Shown here piece by piece: positions 1 through 7,800 of a DNA stretch of 64,000 bases. The stretch comes from an uncultured Lachnospiraceae bacterium. Its GTDB lineage: Bacteria > Bacillota > Clostridia > Lachnospirales > Lachnospiraceae. How positions within the stretch are numbered: the stretch's first letter is position 1; each line of letters starts with the position of its first letter. The notes under the pieces are model-generated. The model was not told the DNA's origin and searched no databases. It saw only the letters and a program-made list of their open reading frames with translations. The position numbers and the translations under genes were made by a program. The stretch lies in NCBI GenBank assembly GCA_944380065.1, contig CALWGM010000114.1, positions 31,082 to 95,081 of the forward strand. The letters run 5' to 3'.

Positions 1-22
1 TCGATTTTATGTTCCCTGAACT

Positions 23-274
23 TCATCTGTCTTCCTTTCCTGTTCTCCGGATTACGCCGATCTCAATAAACACCGGATAAATGTAGCTGGCCCCGAATAC
101 GCCTAACTTCTTCGGCCCCGTCACTACCTGAAGCTCCAGCGCCTTGGCTGTGGAAAAGGGGCAGCCCGCAAACGCCTCGATGGCCACCCAGAGACGTTCC
201 TCATCCGGCGCTTCCAAAAGCCGCGCCCTGACCTGCTCTCTCTTCTGTCTGCTGTCATCCGTATCTGTACACAT
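23..274 (-). CDS. Small hypothetical protein (83 aa), possibly carrying an internal deletion
   Basis: ATG at 274 follows a GGAGAGAGGG purine-rich RBS and a TTGTAC-N18-TATCAT promoter. The C-terminus TGPKKLGVFGASYIYPVF resembles small Clostridia hypothetical proteins recalled from memory. Confidence 0.55.
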   Translation of the reverse strand: MCTDTDDSRQKREQVRARLLEAPDEERLWVAIEAFAGCPFSTAKALELQVVTGPKKLGVFGASYIYPVFIEIGVIRRTGKEDR

Positions 275-435
275 AACTGAGCCCTCTCTCCGGTGCTTAA
301 TGTCTTTATGATAGCATAAAGCGGCCGTCCCGTACAAGGGGTTTGAAAAAGGAAGGCAAAGGCTGCCTGAACAGCAACGGGCCCACGCCCCAAAAAACCG
401 GCTCAAAAAAACCGGGAAAAAAACGAAAAAAGTAT

Positions 436-464
436 TTGACTTTTATCGCCCGGTATAGTATAGT
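436..464 (+). promoter_or_regulatory. Sigma-A promoter of tRNA-Thr, with upstream A-tracts (391-431)
   Basis: TTGACT at 436-441, 17-bp spacer, TATAGT at 459-464; repeated CAAAAAACCGG and A-tracts upstream resemble an UP element. Confidence 0.8.
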
Positions 465-489
465 ACATAAGTCAGCAAACAGCAGACAG

Positions 490-561
490 GCTGATGTGGC
501 TCAGAGGTAGAGCACTTCCTTGGTAAGGAAGGGGTCACGGGTTCAATTCCCGTCATCAGCT
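490..561 (+). tRNA. tRNA-Thr (anticodon GGT), CCA not encoded
   Basis: Cloverleaf: acceptor stem GCTGATG/CATCAGC, D-arm GCTC..GAGC, anticodon arm CTTCC-TTGGTAA-GGAAG, T-loop GGTTCAATTCC. Confidence 0.97.
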
Positions 562-575
562 TTTTATCTGATCGG

Positions 576-608
576 ACAGCTTTCCATCGTATGGGAAGCT
601 GTTTTTTC
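576..608 (+). terminator. Intrinsic terminator of the tRNA transcript
   Basis: Stem ACAGCTTTCCAT/ATGGGAAGCTGT followed by a T-run. Confidence 0.8.
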
Positions 609-624
609 ATATTTATCATCAGCG

Positions 625-670
625 AATGCCTTAGCGGCAGGCTGACAAAGCCTGCCGCTAAGGCATTTTT
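625..670. terminator. Perfect 19-bp inverted repeat, likely terminator between convergent tRNA and Uma2 units
   Basis: AATGCCTTAGCGGCAGGCT (625-643), loop GACAA, AGCCTGCCGCTAAGGCATT (649-667), then T-run. Confidence 0.65.
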
Positions 671-718
671 GTTATCATATGTTGTTTCATCTGCACTGAG
701 ACACATTCTGCAAATCTC

Positions 719-1276
719 TCACAGGCCCCTGCCAATTTCCGCCAGATCAATCTCCAGCCCTTCCAAAGTCACCGAATGCACCCAATCAGAAAAAGTATAT
801 TCATTTCCGCTTTCATTTGCGAAATCATATACCATCACCCTCTTTTTATCCGGATCAACAATCCAGTATTCCCGGACGCCGGCAGCCTTGTATTTAAAAA
901 GCTTAACAAAATAATCTCTGTGATAGCTGCTGGGAGATACCACCTCAATGATCCAGTCCGGCGCGCCATCGCAGCCCTGTTCCGTAATTTTATCCCGGTC
1001 ACAGATCACGCAGACATCCGGTTCCACATACGTTTTGTGATTTGCATTCAAAAAAACAGCAAACGGGGCAACAAACACTTCGCATTGACCTTTGTTCTTT
1101 CTGATATACTCACGGATTACCCCGAACAATTCACCCGCCATCCTCTGATGCCGCGTGTTCGGCGGCGCCATCAGATACATCTGGCCATCGATCAATTCCG
1201 CCCGTTCCCCATCCGGCAGTGCATAAATATCGTCTATCGTATGATTTGCTTTCGGCGCTGTTGACATATCCTTCAC
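719..1276 (-). CDS. Uma2 (DUF820) family PD-(D/E)XK endonuclease-like protein
   Basis: Family motifs ELIDG..MAPP..RHQ, EPDVCV, PDWIIEVVSPS, K..Y..AGVREYWIVDP. Start is GTG 1276 or ATG 1267. Confidence 0.92.
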   Translation of the reverse strand: MKDMSTAPKANHTIDDIYALPDGERAELIDGQMYLMAPPNTRHQRMAGELFGVIREYIRKNKGQCEVFVAPFAVFLNANHKTYVEPDVCVICDRDKITEQGCDGAPDWIIEVVSPSSYHRDYFVKLFKYKAAGVREYWIVDPDKKRVMVYDFANESGNEYTFSDWVHSVTLEGLEIDLAEIGRGL

Positions 1277-1677
1277 CTTCTCTTTTTGTTTTTATTATAG
1301 GGGGTTTGCGCTGCCGCCGCAAGCGATTTCACAAAAACAGGGTGCTCGTTCAGGATTTCCACCTTCCTGACATGGACCCCAACCGCGTCAATTTCCCCGC
1401 TGACCCGGATCCAGTTCCCCGGAAGCTCCATCAGGATCGCCGGAATGACATAGGCAAAATCCTGTTTTTTGTCTTTACGCCCTTTCGCGATGCGTGTCTC
1501 CCAGCTGCGCTGTGTACATTCCCTGCAGAATCTTTTGCTCTTCGGGAAGAACCGCTCCACTGCATAGGCAACCGTATCTTTCCCATATTCGCAGGGAACC
1601 GCGGTGAGCAGGCTGTAATCAGCAGCTACAGAAATTTCACATACAAAAGATCCATCCATCATTTTCTTCATAAACAT
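1273..1677 (-). CDS. Hypothetical protein (134 aa), coupled to the Uma2 gene
   Basis: Strong RBS TGGAGG upstream of the ATG; the stop codon overlaps the Uma2 start region (GTGA). No family recognised. Confidence 0.75.
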   Translation of the reverse strand: MFMKKMMDGSFVCEISVAADYSLLTAVPCEYGKDTVAYAVERFFPKSKRFCRECTQRSWETRIAKGRKDKKQDFAYVIPAILMELPGNWIRVSGEIDAVGVHVRKVEILNEHPVFVKSLAAAAQTPYNKNKKRR

Positions 1678-1714
1678 TTACCTCCATTCATTCATGAGCA
1701 TGAACCGGGAACAC

Positions 1715-1876
1715 AAAAAAAGACACTGCGCCCCATGTTCATCCTGTCATCTGCCTCAGTGTCTTTTCTCATTTTCTGAATTTTTGACGCACTGAGCCTT
1801 CTGTTTATCAATCACTCAACGCATCATTCTGTAAATGTTTACTTCATCAGTGTACCATATCCGTTTCTGATGTCAA
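1715..1876 (-). promoter_or_regulatory. Sigma-A promoter plus structured leader with terminator/antiterminator potential
   Basis: TTGACA (1876-1871), 16 bp, TG-n-TACACT (1854-1849). Terminator stem AGACACTG/CAGTGTCT plus T7 lies before the RBS; a competing CTCAGTG lies at 1796-1790. Confidence 0.6.
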
Positions 1877-1954
1877 GAACCTCCCACTATTTTCTGCATT
1901 TCCTTCCGCATGCCTGCTGCGGTTCACCCCGTTTACAGCAATGCATCTCATCGC

Positions 1955-2236
1955 TTACCTGGTTATGGAACTGTAGAAATCAATCATCAGCCCGTCCAGA
2001 ATTATTGTTAAAATGATCCATGGCCATCCCAGCGCCAGCACACCCACCAACTTGCAGATCACAAAGCTGATGGTGAATCCCATCGGCACCCAGAGCGATA
2101 CGGCAAGCATCAGGATCAGCCATCCGATCCCCGGTTCAAATGTTCCCTGTACCTTCCAGACAATAGCAAAAATAATCTTCGCAACAATGCCAGCGTTCAG
2201 CCGTATAGCCTGCAGACATCTGTCTCTCATTTTCAT
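1955..2236 (-). CDS. Small multi-pass membrane protein (93 aa)
   Basis: RBS GGGAGG just upstream of the ATG; about three hydrophobic helices; has its own promoter-like element at 2286-2313. Confidence 0.75.
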   Translation of the reverse strand: MKMRDRCLQAIRLNAGIVAKIIFAIVWKVQGTFEPGIGWLILMLAVSLWVPMGFTISFVICKLVGVLALGWPWIILTIILDGLMIDFYSSITR

Positions 2237-2276
2237 ATTCCTCCCTGTTTCCTGTATAGATTGGATCGTTTTGATT

Positions 2277-2324
2277 CTGTATCAGAATATAACATACCCT
2301 GTTTGGATTTCAGGAGGGGGGAGC
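2277..2324 (-). repeat. Copy 1 of a degenerate 48-bp promoter-containing direct repeat
   Basis: 36/48 identical to 13982-14028 by manual alignment; shared blocks CTGTAT, ATATAACAT, TTTCA and GAGGGGGGAGC, the last three at identical spacing. Confidence 0.6.
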
Positions 2325-2366
2325 AGGGCACACCTCTATCCGGAAAATGCGCCCTGCTCTCTCCTC
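2314..2366. terminator. GC-rich 16-bp hairpin just downstream of the 814-aa gene
   Basis: GAGGGGGGAGCAGGGC (2314-2329) pairs with GCCCTGCTCTCTCCTC (2351-2366); no strong T-tract. Confidence 0.4.
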
Positions 2367-2381
2367 TTCTTTGGGTATTGC

Positions 2382-4826
2382 TCAGGCCATACCCTCGATC
2401 TCCGCAGCGAAGAAATCTTTATCGCTGTCATGCTTAAACTCTAATATTCTTACCCTGAGCAGGCTGTTTTCCCGGATCGTACCGGCCGCCCCGGTATCCT
2501 GCCTGTAGCGGCTTACCTTCCGCGGGGAGATATTCACTTCATAACCGCTATCTGTAAGCTTTCCCCGGATACCTCCATTCGACTTTATTTTTGTGCATTT
2601 CATCTCCAGGCACTGCCCGATCAGCGTCTCTGCGTCGCTCTGGCTGATAGCCGGAGCAAGATAGCGAAGAGCCAGATCCCTGCCGGCCAGAATTTGGTTC
2701 AGGATTCCGACGGTCGTCCCGTCTCCCACCAGAAGCGTATACATCTGCCGCAGATTTTCCCTCTCCGGTGAATGCTGATCCGCATGGCCGGCCAGATTCC
2801 GGATTTCCCTGATCCTGTTGATATCAGCCGCCATCTTTCCCCACCATGCGCTCCAGTTCCCGGGAATCACACCGCAATACGCACGGAAAGCAGTATCTGC
2901 GCACAATTCTGCAAGAAACGTCTTTTTCGCACGGATCAGATGGACGAAATTCCCTAAAAATGTCCTTGACACATCCATATGCCGAAAATTATCCCGGGCA
3001 TCCGGAATATTCAGGCGCTTCCCCAGACTGTACTCCGCCAGGTCGGGGATCCCCTGGAACAGGCCAAACAGGTTGTCCCGGAGCGCCTGTTCCGCGGCTT
3101 TTCCGTAAAGAATCAGCTGCGCCGAAAAATCATCAAACTCAATTCCCGGCATGGACAGCGCCTCCTCCACAACGACGGCCATTTTGATATAAAACTGACA
3201 CCGCTCACTTTGTTTGTCCAGCAGATCATCTTTCAGATCCTGATGGATTCTGTTTCTGGCCAACAGGAATCTTTCATCCAGCGTCTGCAGTTCCGTTTCC
3301 GTGATCTCAATGATATCCTGATATTCATCCACCTGCACATCCTGGAAAATCTGCTGACCGGCTTCCGCGAACGCCTGGTCAACGCGCCTGTCATGCTCGG
3401 CCGCGTCCGTGACAGGCCGGTTCATCTCTATCCGGATCTTTTCCCGGTCAAACTGGCTGATCTGCCTCTGCAGGCGTCTGCCAATTAAAAGCCCTGATTC
3501 TTCCCGACTGCTGCCGCCAAGCAGCTGCAGAAAATCTTTCACAGATATTCCCTGTACAATCTGCATATTTTCCACGGAAACATTTTGTGACTCATCAACA
3601 GCGCCTTCCTGATAATATTTATCGATAATATAGGTATTTCCTCCCCGGCCGGTATCTGCACTGCGCTTTCTCTCAATCTCCGGTAAGGGATTCTGGTTGG
3701 CGGCATCCGCCATCCTCCCCTCCTGACAGTAATACTGAAACAGCAGGGAATTAAACCTCACCAGGAAATCCCTGCAGACAGGATTGCCATTCTGATCCTG
3801 GCAAACCGCTTTCCGGAATAACCCCCGGTGCAGCAGGGCGCTTACCGCCGTTTCATATGCGGATCCTGCAAAGTCATAACAGGCGTATTCGGCATTGGAT
3901 GAAGCGTTTGACGCCAGCAGGCGCATCACATCCAGCTGCGCGTCCGTCAGCAATTTGCACCAGCCGTCCATAACAATCTCACATTGTGCCCGCGCCTCCC
4001 TGACCGCTTCCTTTACCTGGATCCTGCCATTATGAGCCGCTCCGCTGGCATACAGCTGCCTGGCCAGAATATTTACAAACCTGGGGATTCCGCCGCTTAA
4101 CCGGAAGATCTGTGTCTTCATGGCATCCGGTATCATGATCCCGCCGCCTTCCTGCTTCCGGTACAGGTAAACACCGATATCATCTTCTGCGAAACAGGTC
4201 ATCTCTATGGGATTTGTAAACTTCTGCAGGAAATAGGAACCGCGGATATCCCTGGGCAGGGAATCCTTCGACAGATCATAATTGGTCGCCACCACACACT
4301 GGATCTGGCCGCTCTCAATCAGGCTCCTCAAACAGTCATGATGCGCCTGCGTGACAGAGTTCGACATGGTGAACAGTTCAAAATAATCCATGATAATCAC
4401 CGCCATATATCCCCAGTTATCATGAAGCACCTGCATAAAATTCTGAAATCTGGCCTGTCCGGGCATTGCAGAAATCTCCCCGGTCAGTTCATGAATCTCC
4501 GAAAGGAGTTCCCTGTCGCGGATCAGCTGGTTCAGAGACAGTTTCAGACGGTCCGCCAGATACTCACAGATATCGTTACCATCGCTTTTATTGGACAGAT
4601 CCGCAAAGTATATTAACTTTTTTCTGGTTTCTGCCATTTTCCTCCTGTATTCCGGCGTAAATGCAGTTCTTAAGAGGGAAGTTTTTCCGCTTCCCTCCGG
4701 ACCGACAATATATGTATTGGTTCTGGTACCCGCACTGTTCCGAAGTATCTCGATCAGCGTCTGATCCCCGACCCACTCATCGGCTGACTCCACCGGAAAA
4801 TCATCAATAAACGGATTAAATCCCAT
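2382..4826 (-). CDS. STAND-family NTPase - HEPN RNase - S1-like RNA-binding fusion (814 aa); putative defence effector
   Basis: Walker A GPEGSGKTS (aa 42-50); Walker B VIIMDYFE; SGGIPR (GxP) motif and winged helix. HEPN helix YGKAAEQAL (from aa 574) and RNLAGH (R676-H681). C-terminal OB/S1-like fold from aa 736. RBS AGGAGG overlaps the upstream stop codon. Confidence 0.8.
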   Translation of the reverse strand: MGFNPFIDDFPVESADEWVGDQTLIEILRNSAGTRTNTYIVGPEGSGKTSLLRTAFTPEYRRKMAETRKKLIYFADLSNKSDGNDICEYLADRLKLSLNQLIRDRELLSEIHELTGEISAMPGQARFQNFMQVLHDNWGYMAVIIMDYFELFTMSNSVTQAHHDCLRSLIESGQIQCVVATNYDLSKDSLPRDIRGSYFLQKFTNPIEMTCFAEDDIGVYLYRKQEGGGIMIPDAMKTQIFRLSGGIPRFVNILARQLYASGAAHNGRIQVKEAVREARAQCEIVMDGWCKLLTDAQLDVMRLLASNASSNAEYACYDFAGSAYETAVSALLHRGLFRKAVCQDQNGNPVCRDFLVRFNSLLFQYYCQEGRMADAANQNPLPEIERKRSADTGRGGNTYIIDKYYQEGAVDESQNVSVENMQIVQGISVKDFLQLLGGSSREESGLLIGRRLQRQISQFDREKIRIEMNRPVTDAAEHDRRVDQAFAEAGQQIFQDVQVDEYQDIIEITETELQTLDERFLLARNRIHQDLKDDLLDKQSERCQFYIKMAVVVEEALSMPGIEFDDFSAQLILYGKAAEQALRDNLFGLFQGIPDLAEYSLGKRLNIPDARDNFRHMDVSRTFLGNFVHLIRAKKTFLAELCADTAFRAYCGVIPGNWSAWWGKMAADINRIREIRNLAGHADQHSPERENLRQMYTLLVGDGTTVGILNQILAGRDLALRYLAPAISQSDAETLIGQCLEMKCTKIKSNGGIRGKLTDSGYEVNISPRKVSRYRQDTGAAGTIRENSLLRVRILEFKHDSDKDFFAAEIEGMA

Positions 4827-4838
4827 TTTCTGCTCCTC

Positions 4839-7800
4839 CTAAAAATCATACCATTCACTGTCATCACTGGTTTCTGCCACGGCAGGCCGGCTTTCTGCGC
4901 TTCCTGTTTCCGGCTGCCGGATCTGGAAAATATCCGGTTCTTCCGGCACCTGTCCGTACTTTGAACTGTTTGTCCTGAAGTATCTTCTGTAGATGTCCAG
5001 TTCAAACTTATACAACTGGGAATCAATCGGATGGACAGAGAGAATCTTCAGCCCGGTCAGGACTTTGACCACCCGCTGTATCTCCACCCTGGATATGCTC
5101 ATCAATTCGGAAAGCTGATTCAGATGGACATATGCATCTTTCTTGGCCGCCAGGCTCTGCATGGCGTCAACCAGATCTCTCTCCTCCCCTTCCTCACAGC
5201 CTTCATAAAACTGTTTGCACCACAGATCCGTGATGACTTTCGGAATACTCTGCCGCACATCGGAAGGATATACCACACACCGCCCGTTTTCTTTTGCCCG
5301 TTCCACCGCTTCCTCGCCCAGTAATTTTGTGTGCCACACCAGGCCGCCTGCATAATCCCAGATCCATTTCACAGCCTCCTCTGTGATAATCAGCTGCGGA
5401 TATGGACGGTACGGCAGATACAGCAATTCTTTCGCATCATTTTCCGGAAGCTTCCCAACCTCCAGCACCTGCTTTCCAAATCTCTGGAACAGCTGGTTTT
5501 TCCGGTCGCCCTTCAGGTTATAGCGGATCAGCCAGTTGGAACCGCAGATCACCAGGTGAACTGCCTTCCTGCAGGCATAGCTGTTCAGTATTTCGCTGAC
5601 GGAACCAAATAAGCTGTCCAGATTTCTGTGATATTTCATCTGGCTTTGCTCCACGCGCTCAAACAGGCGGTCTATCTCATCAATGATCAGAAACAGGCCA
5701 TACTCTCCGATGAGTTCCTTCACATCCAGATAAAACAGACTCAGCTTTTCCGGCTGCCGGTCAGCGCAGAAATACCCCAGACTCCAGGTATGCTTCAGTT
5801 CCTCCCAGGCATTTTCTGTTTTCAGGGCCGGGAGCTTTCTTTCCACGGTGTCGATCACCCGCTCAATAAACACGTACTGAATCGGCTCGGTAGCCGGAAT
5901 CGACTGGCAGTCTGTCTTGACACAGATGATATGTCCCTTCTTTTCCCCTATGTAAGCTTCCAGGTAATTCAAAAGCGACGTCTTGCCGGTTCTCCGCACC
6001 CCGTACATTAAAGCGCTCCTGTAATCTTCAAAAGAGTCCCCCGCCACCAGGCTGCGCAGCATTGCCGTTTCATTCCTTCGCCCTACAAAGTCGGGACTGT
6101 ATATCTCGCCGGTCTCCTCATCCACTTTGAACATGATGCCGTCTGCATACGCCGTCAAAAGCCCTGTAGGATAATCCGGTTCCGCCCCTTCCTCAAGAAA
6201 CAGGGTACCCTTGCATACCGTGGACGAAAGAGTCTTATCCGCATAATGAAAACCTGCTGTCACCACATACTCTAACTGTTCACAGGTGTGGTCTGTGCTG
6301 TAATCCAGTTCAAATACCGCCTTTCCCCCCGGGGAAAGCTTTTTCAGGATATACTGGTTACTGCTGCTGCCGTCACTGTAAGCCGCCTGGATAATGATTT
6401 CTTCGGCATCAATCTTTCCGATATTATGCACTTCCCCAAAAAGACTGCCATAATAACGCTGGCTCCCCTGATTCAGGATCTCGAATGAAAGTACCGGCCG
6501 CTGATCCAGCTCATTGATCTCATCATTGATCAGCTTCTGTACTTTGTTTTTCATTTCCATCCAGCGGTTCGTCTCAATTTCTTCCAGACGGAGATAATTC
6601 ACAGAAAGTTCTTCCCTTAAAACCTCCTGGTTCTCCTGCGCTGTGGACATATAACAATTTCTCAGACCGTCCAGGACGCTGAAAATCTGCGCCACACACG
6701 CGCCGATTAATCCATCAGCAATCAGTCCCCGTACATACTGCAGCAGCCCCCGGTTCTCTCCATAGCAATCCAGCAGGCTTTTCAGATCTCCGGACGACTT
6801 CACCAGGATCAGAAGTCCTTCCTGGACGGTTCGTCTCGCCTCTTCAGCCCCTTCCCCGCTGGGATCCCTGTATTTTAAGATTCTTACCAGATCAAACAGG
6901 ATCTGATGAGCGCCGGCATAGTTCCCTTCTGCCAGAGCTGCATAGTAACAATCACAGCCATACAGCAGCAGGGCGTTGTTGAGTTCCTCCCCGGAGGGAC
7001 GATCCGCCAGATAATGCTGACAGATGATTTGGGAAAGCTGCAGCTTATCCTGCATATTGGCCGCAAGATTCTGGATTTTCCCGTGCCTTATCAGAACATC
7101 TGCCAGATCTCCCTCATACCTGGCCGGAAGGATCCCTCTTGCGAACGCCGGAATTTCTTCCTCCGTCATCACTTTTTCCCGGATTGCCTCTTCTGCCGGC
7201 AGATCCCACAGGGAGGGATCTTTTTGCTCAAACGCCTTCGGATCCGGTCTCCTGGACTCCAATAAAAGCAGCTTTCTGGGCCTGTTTCCGCTGATAGCGG
7301 AATTGCCCGCAAGCGCTCTTACGCTCTGGAGATATTCTGTATTATACTGCTCCCTGACATCTGAGTTGGTCAGCGCGTAGCTCTCTGTAATCGCACCGTC
7401 TCTATTCCTGGGATTATATGGATACTTCACCACATAGCAGAAATATGCCTTTTCCACTTCGTTCGCCCGGTTCCCAATCAGCTCTAACTTTTCCTCATCC
7501 TGAACAGACGGATCAAAGGCAGTCAGAATATCCTCTGCCAGTTTCCGGTTTCCTTTACCAAAGAAGCGGGAAAGCCTCAGGACTTCATCACAGCGCGGGG
7601 AATAGAGCAGAGTCAGGATCATATTCAGACAGCTCCAGGTATGGAAATCCCGGCGTTTGATCTTCTCCCGCACCGCACGGTCATTGGAAAAGGCCGCCGT
7701 GATCCGATATCTGGCTTCATAGAGCTCACGGCACCTGATTCTGTCTGTTGTATTCAGCGCTTTTTTATAATCCGGCCGGCCAAAAACATCCGGATACAGC

